This document shows positions 18,585-27,326 of a DNA stretch of 64,000 nucleotides, piece after piece. This DNA is from a virus. Below the pieces are notes generated by a model, which was not told the origin of the DNA, searched no databases, and saw only the letters and a program-made list of their open reading frames with translations. Every line of letters begins with the position of its first letter. The first letter of the stretch is position 1. A program made the position numbers and the translations under genes. The stretch lies in the IMG/VR virus record IMGVR_UViG_3300037149_000105, positions 64,001 through 128,000 of that record. One strand, written 5' to 3'.

Positions 18585-18752
18585 GATTCCGGTCACGCTT
18601 TCCCCCGTGGGTGTGGGGGTTATCACATCACAAAGCGGCCCTAGATCCGAATGGATCATTTTTAGGTGGTCAAAGACCGTATAGCTGGGTGATGAATCTA
18701 TTCCCAGCATCCATAACACCCACGGGCCGAGAGGTTGATCGTGACCGGAATT
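18585..18752 (+). ncRNA. long rod-like structured RNA
   Basis: ATTCCGGTCACG/CGTGACCGGAAT (12 bp) and CCCGTGGGTGT/ACACCCACGGG (11 bp) nested helices. Confidence 0.5.
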
Positions 18753-18986
18753 AACCGGAATCGCTGGGATAACCAGAATGGGGCTCCAAATACTCAGCTT
18801 CTCCCATCTACCGCTGAGTCAGGTGCAGACGTAGCCAACGGTGAAACGATATACCCCTGGCCATCCGTAAACGCCTTATTGAAGTCACGAACGGTTCGGT
18901 AGGATGATGATGGGCTAACCGAACATCCCCTAAGCAAGGTGCAACACTCTGCTGACCCGTAGTGGGCTCCGGTTACCAACTCACTA

Positions 18987-19100
18987 GACTGACGCTACAC
19001 TATGCGCTGTTGCCTGAAGACGATCCCCACGGGGTGACACCCAACTACCAAAATGGAGAGGTAGGCACAACATAGGAACTTCGCTGCAAAGTTTTCAGTC
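18987..19100 (+). ncRNA. GCTACA/AACTWCGCTGCAAA internal-loop RNA, copy 2
   Basis: GACTGA/TCAGTC outer stem, CTATG/CATAG inner stem. Confidence 0.55.
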
Positions 19101-19134
19101 ACGCTTGACTAGGCATGTTGGTCAAGCACCTCCA

Positions 19135-19538
19135 GGGGGTGACAGGTTTCGACAGGTTATTCTCATTGAATGTGTTTCACGCCCCGGAAAACTGATGGCC
19201 GGGTTAAAAATCAGTTAAAACAAAACTGCCACGATTAACGTAGTAGATTTTGACCGCTCCTTCGTTCCTTCCTTCGCGGAAGTAGCTTAAGGGCAAACCC
19301 TCCGGTAATCGTCTGGTACCCAGGGGGTAAGTTCTATGAGGGTGGCTTCGGCCTGCCGAGTAGGGCTAACAGATCACGCTCCCACTGAGCCTTGTAGGGG
19401 GAGAAGGGAACTAAGGCAAGTCCTCGATCACAGTTGTCTGATACCTGTGCAGAGGTCACGAAGAAACAGACTAAGCGTGTGAATAAGGCACTTCAATAGA
19501 TTTCTTGGACGGGGATTCGATTTCCCCCACCTCCTCCA
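19135..19538 (+). ncRNA. ssrA: tmRNA; tag reading frame 19228-19290 (ATINVVDFDRSFVPSFAEVA*)
   Basis: GGGGGTGACAGGTTTCGAC 5' end, pseudoknot 1, GAC-GGGGATTCGATTTCCCC-CACCTCC-TCCA 3' end, G3-U70. Confidence 0.92.
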
Positions 19539-19613
19539 ATGAGTTCGATTCCTACTCTAACTAAGGAAATAGACTACCCAAATCTAAATTAAAGGTTTGA
19601 CTCAGGAGTAGAG

Positions 19614-20291
19614 ATGATAGCTAATGTTTTATGGGGAATTACCCCTACAGAATTTAAAAAATTAGTTGCTAGTTCTTCTTCTTTTGCAGGTATTCTGCGT
19701 TATTTCAAACTTGCGGATAGCAAGGCTAATCGAAGAGCACTCTACATGCGAATGGGTGAATTGCAATGCAATATTTCCCATTTCACCCTTCGGAAAAGGG
19801 TAAAATCACCATCTTTACCAAACTTCGAAATTTTTTGTGAGCATTCGCCTCTTAGTCGAAAGAATGTAAAAATGAGAATACTTCGTGATAACTTGCTTCC
19901 TTATGTTTGTAAATGTGGAAACTCAGGCAATTGGGAAGGAAAAAAGCTCGTGCTCCAACTAGAGCATAAAAATGGAATAGGGGACGATAATCGTCTTAAT
20001 AATTTGGAATTCATATGTCCTAATTGCCATAGTCAAACTGCCACATTTGCAGGAAGACAAAATGCCCTAAATAACCCCCCCGTTCATAACCATCATGAGC
20101 GATGGAATCAACGAAAATTAAAATGGCCCACAAAAGAAGAACTAGAGTATCTTGTTTGGAGTAAGCCAACAACTGAGTTAGCCAAAGAGTTCGAAGTTAG
20201 TGACTCAGCAATCAGTAGGTGGTGCCGCTGCTACTCCATTAAAAAACCCGGACGAGGGTATTGGACAGCGAAAAAACCCATCTCTCCGTAG
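19614..20291 (+). CDS. HNH endonuclease with C-terminal HTH
   Basis: LQLEHKNG...DNRLNNLEFICPNCHSQT; LAKEFEVSDSAISRW. Confidence 0.9.
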   Translation: MIANVLWGITPTEFKKLVASSSSFAGILRYFKLADSKANRRALYMRMGELQCNISHFTLRKRVKSPSLPNFEIFCEHSPLSRKNVKMRILRDNLLPYVCKCGNSGNWEGKKLVLQLEHKNGIGDDNRLNNLEFICPNCHSQTATFAGRQNALNNPPVHNHHERWNQRKLKWPTKEELEYLVWSKPTTELAKEFEVSDSAISRWCRCYSIKKPGRGYWTAKKPISP

Positions 20292-20358
20292 ATTAACTGG
20301 ACAAATCACTGGTCTCCGAAACCAGAGAGTGCCAATTCGAGTTTGGTCGGAGAGACCA
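20282..20358 (+). tRNA. tRNA-Arg(CCG)
   Basis: CTCTCCG/CGGAGAG, loop CTCCGAA, CCA; overlaps HNH stop codon. Confidence 0.85.
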
Positions 20359-20422
20359 TCTGACATTCATCTACCAAGTGTAGAAGGAAATCGGGAGGCG
20401 CTATGCGACTCCTCGTAAAATT

Positions 20423-20519
20423 TAGACATGTGCAGCAATCAAAAACCTCGTATGCAGACATGGCTTCGTGCCCCTGCAAAAAAGTTTCGGCGTTCTGTAA
20501 AAACGTCAAACGTGTCTAG
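20423..20519 (+). ncRNA. CAGCAA-family RNA, copy C
   Basis: TAGACATG/CGTGTCTA stem; GGCGTT-CTGTAAA-AACGTC stem-loop at 20489-20507. Confidence 0.75.
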
Positions 20520-20560
20520 CTTTTTAAAACTTCCGTTTCCTCTTTTGAATGGAGGGTAAC

Positions 20561-20905
20561 ATGCTTAGTGATGCTATTGATGATCATCAGAATATTCGAG
20601 ACAGATTGGTCAAGTTCATAAGTAAAGAGCCCTTCAATGCTATGGACTTGTTCTCCGTTCGAAGAGACTATAACTGTGATCTGGGCTCCTGGCTTTGGAA
20701 GCATCGAAATGCGGAAATAGCCGACAAAAAAGAGTATCAGGAACTCGTGGGGATTCATCATAATTTTCATGAGATTGCTTATAAAGCTCTAATGCTGGGA
20801 TCTGATAATAAACCAGAAGAGGCTTTCGCGGTTTTGGTTGGCCCCTACGCAGTAATAGAGAAGCAACTGATCGAAGCTATCGTCAACCTTGGAGATGTCG
20901 AATGA
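20561..20905 (+). CDS. stand-alone chemoreceptor zinc-binding (CZB) domain protein
   Basis: H...CDLGSWL...HHNFH ligand pattern; GGAGG RBS before ATG 20561. Confidence 0.75.
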   Translation: MLSDAIDDHQNIRDRLVKFISKEPFNAMDLFSVRRDYNCDLGSWLWKHRNAEIADKKEYQELVGIHHNFHEIAYKALMLGSDNKPEEAFAVLVGPYAVIEKQLIEAIVNLGDVE

Positions 20906-21486
20906 AGAAACAAATGCATTATTCCCTTGGCCTCTACCCTCTGCGGAGTAGTGGCTATCGGGCTTTCGTCGGCTTCCGCCCCGTGTGGAGGTTCTGGGGC
21001 CATTGGATCAACCCACAGACCTATTGGAGAGCCGTCAAATACTTCTGTCAGCGTGGCTACAGGGGATACGCAGATTGCGATCACTGGGACATGGATAGCT
21101 ACCTCGAAAACGTGATGTTGGGTCTGTTCCGCGATCTCAAGAAGCATACGCAAGGCTACCCAAGCGGTATGGGTGATCGGATCATTGACACGGAAGGAAC
21201 TGATACTGGTTTCGAAAAATGGCAGGCTACCCTCACCGAGATCATTGAAGGTCTGGAAGCTTCCCAGGAACTCAAAGATGAGTTTACGGTTCCGGAGGGA
21301 ACCTATAGCAAGGAGCCTATCTATTGGGAGCCGGTCGAGGGCCATGAGGATTGCTTTCGAATGAAGGAAACTGAGACTCCTCGTTTCAATAAGGAGCTTC
21401 ACGATCAATGGTCTGCTCCGTTGAAAAGGAAGTGCCTGAGAGCTAAGACTTTAATGGCTCGTTATTGGGGTTGCTTCTGGGACTAA
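20902..21486 (+). CDS. hypothetical protein
   Basis: ATGA overlap; 194 aa. Confidence 0.75.
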   Translation: MKKQMHYSLGLYPLRSSGYRAFVGFRPVWRFWGHWINPQTYWRAVKYFCQRGYRGYADCDHWDMDSYLENVMLGLFRDLKKHTQGYPSGMGDRIIDTEGTDTGFEKWQATLTEIIEGLEASQELKDEFTVPEGTYSKEPIYWEPVEGHEDCFRMKETETPRFNKELHDQWSAPLKRKCLRAKTLMARYWGCFWD

Positions 21487-21491
21487 AAACA

Positions 21492-21576
21492 CCCCGAATG
21501 GCGGAAGTGGCGAGACGCGCGAGACTTAAAATCTCGCATCCGTAAGGGTATGAGGGTTCGAATCCCTCTTCGGGGA
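21492..21576 (+). tRNA. tRNA-Leu(TAA), no encoded CCA
   Basis: CCCCGAA/TTCGGGG, loop CTTAAAA, class II arm. Confidence 0.92.
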
Positions 21577-22200
21577 CAGGTGATGCCTAATAGCATTATC
21601 AGACACTCCTAATTCTCTGGCTAACACAGAAAAGTTGGAAGTAGCAAGACGCGCAAGTAGTTCTTCATGCGAAGGCCACTCTATTTTTGTCGGTTGTGGT
21701 TTTATAGACTTCTTTTCTTTAGGAGGGGAGGGTGACTTTGAGATATTTTTACCTCGATAGGTATCAGTTTGTGCATGGCAATTAGGGCAAATTACTCTAA
21801 GATTACTTAGGGTATTATCCATATGATTACCATTGATATGGTCCAATTCTAGGGGGATCGAGAGCTTGTTCCATTTAACTAACCCACATATACCACATTG
21901 TTTTATGAATACCCCCTCTGAAAAGAGCTTTTGTTTCAGTTTTGCTGATTGAATAGGGAAGCGGTTGTTTAAATAATCATCCAGGTCTCGTCTTGGCGGG
22001 AGTTTCACCCCTTTGCTCCAGCTTTTCCCCACAAAGTGCTTAGTGCTAACTGGCCATTTTTTGAGCGTTTGATAAAATTGCCGGTAGTTTCCTCCCTCAG
22101 CAACAATGTTGAGTTTGGTTAACACCTCCCGCACACAAGTGGAGCCTAACACTGCTTCTTTGAAAATTTCCTCAGTATAAGTTCGTTCAATCCGTTTCAT
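21526..22200 (-). CDS. HNH endonuclease with C-terminal HTH
   Basis: LELDHING...DN.LSNLRVICPNCHAQT; paralog of 19614..20291. Confidence 0.9.
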   Translation of the reverse strand: MKRIERTYTEEIFKEAVLGSTCVREVLTKLNIVAEGGNYRQFYQTLKKWPVSTKHFVGKSWSKGVKLPPRRDLDDYLNNRFPIQSAKLKQKLFSEGVFIKQCGICGLVKWNKLSIPLELDHINGNHMDNTLSNLRVICPNCHAQTDTYRGKNISKSPSPPKEKKSIKPQPTKIEWPSHEELLARLATSNFSVLARELGVSDNAIRHHLSPKRDSNPHTLTDARF

Positions 22201-22240
22201 TGGCAGCCTCTAAAGAAGGGCTGCATATTCCATTTCCTCC

Positions 22241-22328
22241 GGAAGATCGGTGTAGTTGGAGGGGCACACTAGTCTTGAAAACTAGGGTCCGAAAGGGCCA
22301 GCGGGTTCGAATCCCACATCTTCCGCCA
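22241..22328 (+). tRNA. tRNA-Ser(TGA)
   Basis: GGAAGAT acceptor, loop CTTGAAA, long arm, GCCA. Confidence 0.92.
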
Positions 22329-22329
22329 T

Positions 22330-22403
22330 GCCAATGTAGTTCAGTGGTAGAACCCGAGCCTTGTAAACTCGCCACGACAGTTCGATTCTGTCCCTTGGCT
22401 CCA
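22330..22403 (+). tRNA. tRNA-Thr(TGT)
   Basis: GCC acceptor start, loop CTTGTAA, CCA; mismatches at 6-67 and 31-39. Confidence 0.85.
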
Positions 22404-22466
22404 ACACCCCCTTTCTCTGCTTTACCCTTACCTGATAGCAGAGCAGGTTCGCCTTAAGGAGGCAAT

Positions 22467-23378
22467 GTGATTATGCACAACAACAACACCGTAGTATCCC
22501 TTTACGCCCTGAATGGTAGCCGAAAGACCCCGCTCAGAGAATACGATCACAAGCGTGGGGTTCTTGAATCTGAAGTTAGGGTTCCATTGAAATTTGATTC
22601 TGAGTATGGAATCGGTTTCAAGTTTCAGGACATCGGTCGTCGTCGCCTTGAACTCTGGATTGACGGAGCGATGGTGACGGACAATCTCATTCTCGATGGA
22701 GAGAGCTTCCTGGAGCGATTCATGGATTCTGACAAGAGATTCCGTTTCGTTGAAGCAAGCAATGCTGCCGTGGCTGATCCGACCAGTCCCTCCAATGGGG
22801 GAGTCATGGTGAAGCTATGGCGTGAACAGCCTGATCTCCAGATGTTCAAACTGGCCCCGGATTACGGCAAGCAGTGGCCGCAGCCCCCAGTAGCCCCTTG
22901 GCAGCCCTGGACTCCTCCAGTAGTGTGGGGCCGCTCTGATTGCCCAGGAGATCCTTCGCGGTCCTTGGATGTCATGTGTGGGGGCGCTACGTCATCTTCC
23001 TCACCCTCCGGTCCTCAAGGTCCGGTTGGTCAGCAAGGAGCCGTTGGAGTGCGAGGAATTGGGTATGGTGACAACATCGGAGAGTGTAATCTCTTCTGTT
23101 CATCCGCTCAGTCTCCCAGCCTCGCTGATGGATTCTGTTCGACGGAGATGTCCAACCTATCCCTCTTCGATAAGCTGAAGGGAGCGACAGTTGAAGGATC
23201 CACCTCCAAGCAGACCTTCAATGATACGGTTTGGCTGGGTGACTTTGGTAGCCCCTTGGTTTTCAAGTTCCAGCTTCACGGAATCGAAGAAGCCACACCG
23301 GGCAATTTCTGCCCAGGTTGTGGGATTAAACGCAAGAATCCCACTAACTTCTGCCCCAATTGTGGAGCAAAGCAATAG
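22467..23378 (+). CDS. hypothetical protein with C-terminal zinc ribbon
   Basis: AAGGAGG RBS; FCPGCG...FCPNCG. Confidence 0.8.
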   Translation: MIMHNNNTVVSLYALNGSRKTPLREYDHKRGVLESEVRVPLKFDSEYGIGFKFQDIGRRRLELWIDGAMVTDNLILDGESFLERFMDSDKRFRFVEASNAAVADPTSPSNGGVMVKLWREQPDLQMFKLAPDYGKQWPQPPVAPWQPWTPPVVWGRSDCPGDPSRSLDVMCGGATSSSSPSGPQGPVGQQGAVGVRGIGYGDNIGECNLFCSSAQSPSLADGFCSTEMSNLSLFDKLKGATVEGSTSKQTFNDTVWLGDFGSPLVFKFQLHGIEEATPGNFCPGCGIKRKNPTNFCPNCGAKQ

Positions 23379-23538
23379 TGGACCGAACCTTCAAAGTTAC
23401 CCCACCCTATGGTGGGTATCCCTACTGCTTCCATGGTTCAGCATAGGGCACTCTTTGAAGTAGCATGGGGACTATAATCCCGGTGGTAAAGCCTCCACAA
23501 GGGGCCTGGACGGTTCGACTCCGCCCCATGCGATTAAT

Positions 23539-23628
23539 GGAAGTGTAAGCAAAGCAGGCAAGCTAGACTGTCTCGAAAACAGTTGGCCGATTTTCGGCCT
23601 AGGCGTTCGACCCGCCTCACTTCCGCCA
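23539..23628 (+). tRNA. tRNA-Ser(CGA)
   Basis: GGAAGTG/CACTTCC, loop CTCGAAA, long arm, GCCA. Confidence 0.9.
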
Positions 23629-23669
23629 TCATATTTGTGTGAGTCTTTAAAATAGACTAATGTCAAACT

Positions 23670-23745
23670 TGGACTGTAACTTCAGAGGCAGAAGGCTGCT
23701 TTTACACGGCAGAGGTCGAGATTTCGAAATTCTCCAGTCCAACCA
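23670..23745 (+). tRNA. tRNA-Val(TAC)
   Basis: TGGACTG/CAGTCCA, loop TTTACAC, CCA. Confidence 0.9.
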
Positions 23746-23814
23746 ATCCTCATCTTTCCGAACTACCGAGTATTATCATTGTAGGACAGTGTGAGTCTGA
23801 AACCCAGACTGACG

Positions 23815-23835
23815 ACACACACACACACACACACA
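23815..23835 (+). repeat. (AC)10A dinucleotide tract
   Basis: Perfect repeat directly continuing a conserved hairpin. Confidence 0.95.
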
Positions 23836-24444
23836 GGAAGCAGTTCATTGAAAATGGTCTCAGCAGTCCGACACACGCTTAGGCCACCAAGGGGAGAACG
23901 AGATTAGCTCATGGAGAGCATCGGTTCTTTAGGCGTAGGGGATACCCTCACCACCGTGTGAAACGTTCGATTCGACTTCTCAGACTCCCCGATTATATGC
24001 CACAGTAGTAAGTGTGGGCCTACAAAATAGGCTAATGACACGGTTAAGAGGTCTGAGTCGGTCACTGCCTTAGCCGGGGAACCGGATCCAGGTTCCCCGG
24101 ATTTATACAAATCGTTGAAGCCCCTCAAGGTCCTTGGGGCTCCGATATGGCGGCAACCAGATGAATGGTTGACAAAAGCAAGAGGCCGCTCTTCAAGGCA
24201 GAGCGAGTTCAGTTACGGCAACAACGGAGTCGATTCTCCATAGCGGGCTACCGCAAATCGCTTTGAAAGACTGAGCCCCCCGGCTCTCCGAAGACAGGAA
24301 TCGTGAAACGGAGAGTGGAAGAAGTCCGAACCACTGGGGAGGAAAAGTTGCCGATGTGGGTAAGGTACGAAAGTATTGAATCCCACCCACCATGCACACG
24401 CCCCTGAACCAAACCTTCAGGGGCGTTCCATTTCAGGAGAGAAA

Positions 24445-25167
24445 ATGTTTGAGCCAAAAAAACTGAGTCCAGCGGAATTGTGCTTATGCCAGAACACCAT
24501 CAGCCCCAATACATTCTACATGTTGGTTGGGGATGCGCTGGTATCTGGTAAACCCCTCTCGGTAGTTCGAATGGGGGATGGGGAACGAGCCCTCTATGAC
24601 TACTGTCTGGGGAAACAGCTACCCAATATCATGGATGCGGATTGGATGCAACGACTCGGAGCCGATGGTATCGCAACGGATGAACTCCGGTATCGCCTGA
24701 TTCGTGCCGCCACCCACTGCACCCACTTCGCTCCTTCCATTTCAGGAATTCAATTGGACAGTTTCGAACTCTACTCCCTATTCCCAGCCCGAGCCCGTTA
24801 CGTTGATAACTTTTTTGTCAACGCCTGGACGGAGGAGATGAAGATTCAACTTTTCAAAACTGCTGGCCATGTTCTCTTTATCCATCGGAACACTTCCACC
24901 GCAGATGCGATGCAGATCAGAGCCAAATGGGGTCTAGGAGTCAAGGTGACCTATCTGAAGCTAGCTAGTTGGCGGGATTCGGAGTCAGTGATTGAGAAGG
25001 CCAAGAGCATAGATGCTCCGCTAGTGCTGTTCAGTGCTGGTCCCGCTAGCAAATACATCGGTCCTGAAATTTCAACGAGTGGTTTGATTCCTCGTGTCAC
25101 TTTGGATATCGGCAATGTGGCAGACTATTGGACCCTCACGAGTCTGAAAGATGTTCAAAGAATTTAA
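24445..25167 (+). CDS. GT-D fold-like putative glycosyltransferase
   Basis: SVVRMGDGE, L.SAGP..K, LDIG motifs. Confidence 0.6.
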   Translation: MFEPKKLSPAELCLCQNTISPNTFYMLVGDALVSGKPLSVVRMGDGERALYDYCLGKQLPNIMDADWMQRLGADGIATDELRYRLIRAATHCTHFAPSISGIQLDSFELYSLFPARARYVDNFFVNAWTEEMKIQLFKTAGHVLFIHRNTSTADAMQIRAKWGLGVKVTYLKLASWRDSESVIEKAKSIDAPLVLFSAGPASKYIGPEISTSGLIPRVTLDIGNVADYWTLTSLKDVQRI

Positions 25168-25460
25168 AAAATTGTATACGGATTTGCCAAAACTATGGTA
25201 TAATATAGGTGTAGGGCAGATCATTGACAAGAAGCTCCAACGACGAGAGAACACAGAGGTAAGCCTCGTCGCTGTAGGGTTTGCAATCTAGCTTGGGGCA
25301 TCGAAAGATGCGAACTTGATTCTTCGGAATCAACGGCACAACACAGGATGTGTTTCACCAAGCTTTATGTCGAGATTAGGGAAGCGCACCCAGAACGCTT
25401 CTTAACCAAAGTCCCGATACCACCCCAGTTGCATCCTCCACCTTCTAATGACTGCGACAA

Positions 25461-25487
25461 GAGCCCCGAAAGGGGCTCAAGTTTTTT
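25461..25487. terminator. intrinsic terminator between convergent units
   Basis: GAGCCCC-GAAA-GGGGCTC followed by T tract. Confidence 0.75.
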
Positions 25488-26085
25488 AATTTTCCAGTAA
25501 ATCCGGATGAGTTTTTGTTAATCTGAGGTAGGCAGCGTGTTGTACAGGCCCTCCGTTAAACGCCGACACAACACTGGATGGGTTTCGCGCCTCTAAAATC
25601 ACACGCCAGCCATCCCAACTGGCTATTCGTTTACCCCCAGAATCCTCAACTTTGCTGCAATGAGACAGCACTAGGGGTATCATGCGAAGCATATCAACCC
25701 CGGAGGAGAGTGGGTTCTCCTCCCCTGGGAACGCCTCAGCGTAAAGTTGCCTCAGTCTATCCCTCTTAGTCACAGTGTGATGCAACCCCATTCGCTCATC
25801 CCCCTTAATGAAATCTATCCAATCAGGAATGCTACCTATGTAGGTGGCTCCAAGCACATCGAGTCCGGTCTCCAAGTACTTGCTCATCGCTTCTTGACCC
25901 ATTGTTAACCGATCACCCACATGAGTCTCTATTAGCTTCGGAGGGGTTCCAGGACCAGCCTTAATCTCTATTAATTTCCCATTTTTTATTCTTCGCCAAT
26001 GAGCCCGATGACCCATCAGGACCACATCCCTAGCGGATGCTTCTTTTAGCAATCTGGCTGCAAACTTGAATTTGAACCTGAACAT
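25486..26085 (-). CDS. hypothetical protein, possible BECR-fold nuclease-like domain
   Basis: GLHHTVTKR ... WRVILE ... VVSAF pattern; weak. Confidence 0.55.
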   Translation of the reverse strand: MFRFKFKFAARLLKEASARDVVLMGHRAHWRRIKNGKLIEIKAGPGTPPKLIETHVGDRLTMGQEAMSKYLETGLDVLGATYIGSIPDWIDFIKGDERMGLHHTVTKRDRLRQLYAEAFPGEENPLSSGVDMLRMIPLVLSHCSKVEDSGGKRIASWDGWRVILEARNPSSVVSAFNGGPVQHAAYLRLTKTHPDLLEN

Positions 26086-26125
26086 CGTCGCCTCAACAAA
26101 GAGTTGCAGATTCTGAAAATTTTTC

Positions 26126-26155
26126 TATACAAACCCCTTCGAAACAGGGTATACT
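26126..26155 (+). promoter_or_regulatory. phage early promoter
   Basis: TATACA-N18-TATACT. Confidence 0.75.
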
Positions 26156-26195
26156 AGTTAGGTAGGGGACGAAGAGCCCTTCAAAGGAGAAACAC

Positions 26196-26564
26196 ATGGA
26201 AGGCAAGCGTTTCAGCATCAACGGAATCAAGGTCACGGCAACCCATCTGGGTGGGGGCCTCTATGTCGGCATCCCCGACAACCTGGGTGAAGCCCTCAAG
26301 GCCCTCAAGACTCTCCTGAGTGGTGCACTGTTCGAGCCCCGTGACATCCAGCTTCTGCCCGATGAGCCCAAGGGCACCCCGCAGGGTCACTACACCGCCC
26401 CCAAGGCTCCCGCCGCCCCCAAGCCCGACTTCTCCAACGAGACGGTCCTGGAGCACTGCAAGCGCAAGGGCTACAGCCAGCGGGACTTCGCTGACCTGAT
26501 CGGCAAGCATCACAAGACCGTGTGGCGGTGGCAGCAGGAAGGCAAGAAGATGTCCGAGGTCTAA
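26196..26564 (+). CDS. HTH (XRE-like) domain protein
   Basis: YSQRDFADLIGKHHKTVWRW; strong codon bias. Confidence 0.75.
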   Translation: MEGKRFSINGIKVTATHLGGGLYVGIPDNLGEALKALKTLLSGALFEPRDIQLLPDEPKGTPQGHYTAPKAPAAPKPDFSNETVLEHCKRKGYSQRDFADLIGKHHKTVWRWQQEGKKMSEV

Positions 26565-26704
26565 CCGGCTGGAGTGCCGGGGAGCTTAGGAATGTCAGAG
26601 ACCCCCGATACGTAGATCCGGCAGAATGGGCTGAACGTAGTAGGTTGGCCCCTCCAGCGTCAACGCATAGCCCCGAAAGGGGCTTTGGTGGTAGAGGGGG
26701 CTAT

Positions 26705-26947
26705 ATGAAGTTCACCACTGGTGGTCACTATGGCATAGAGGCTAAGGATCTGGAAGACAATACGGTGAGTGTCGTGGCCGAGGATGGCCGAGTGATGTTT
26801 GCAGTCATCTTGGGTGAGGATGGCCACTCCATCGAAGTCCGGAGTTCCGCAACCTGCAAGGTTGGGGGAGTCCTTTATGATTCGCGCCTCTTGGTTCAGC
26901 CCGAAGCATCCAATTCCATTTTCATCAAGGCTCGTTCCTATGAGTAA
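26705..26947 (+). CDS. hypothetical protein
   Basis: GAGGGG RBS before ATG 26705. Confidence 0.6.
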   Translation: MKFTTGGHYGIEAKDLEDNTVSVVAEDGRVMFAVILGEDGHSIEVRSSATCKVGGVLYDSRLLVQPEASNSIFIKARSYE

Positions 26948-27101
26948 ATGGAAATATTACAACTGCCCCCAATGCGGGGCCATCTTGGAGCGAAGATGCT
27001 GGGCTCCTCTGGGAGAGAAACGAGTTAGGTTTCTCTTCTGCCGTGAGTGCCGGGTCCGCTACACGACCAAGGACATGGTTCTTAATAAGGAGTTCAAATG
27101 A
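26940..27101 (+). CDS. small zinc-ribbon protein
   Basis: CPQCG...CREC. Confidence 0.55.
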   Translation: MSKWKYYNCPQCGAILERRCWAPLGEKRVRFLFCRECRVRYTTKDMVLNKEFK

Positions 27102-27325
27102 GCAAACTGTGCGTTTTTTGTGAACATATGGAGTTCGATCACGAGGATGCTCATGGCGGAGGCTGTGAAACCTGCGGCTATGGGGCAGATGAGGGCCGAA
27201 ACGATATGGTCTGTCAGAAGGGCCACTGGAAGACCGGAATTGAGTGGGGCCTGACCAGTTACCGTGAGAAAATCTGTGCCGCTGAAACCTGCACTGATTA
27301 CGAACAGGCCGAGGACGAAGATTAG
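27098..27325 (+). CDS. small Cys-rich protein
   Basis: AAGGAG RBS; CxxC motifs. Confidence 0.65.
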   Translation: MSKLCVFCEHMEFDHEDAHGGGCETCGYGADEGRNDMVCQKGHWKTGIEWGLTSYREKICAAETCTDYEQAEDED

Positions 27326-27326
27326 C

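Noticed and set aside
13073-18979. Short track ORFs across the RNA operon
   Set aside because: Overlap tRNAs or structured RNAs, lack RBS and protein-like composition (except the HNH at 16648-17172).
23463-23532. Additional tRNA genes here and at about 23890-23990
   Set aside because: T-arm-like hairpins exist but D and anticodon arms are non-canonical; at most degenerate tRNA-like RNAs.
25345-25437. Possible fifth CAGCAA-family copy (AGGATGT...CACCAA...GCATCCT)
   Set aside because: Motif is CACCAA, spacing is 6 not 5, and no anticodon-like loop; not counted.
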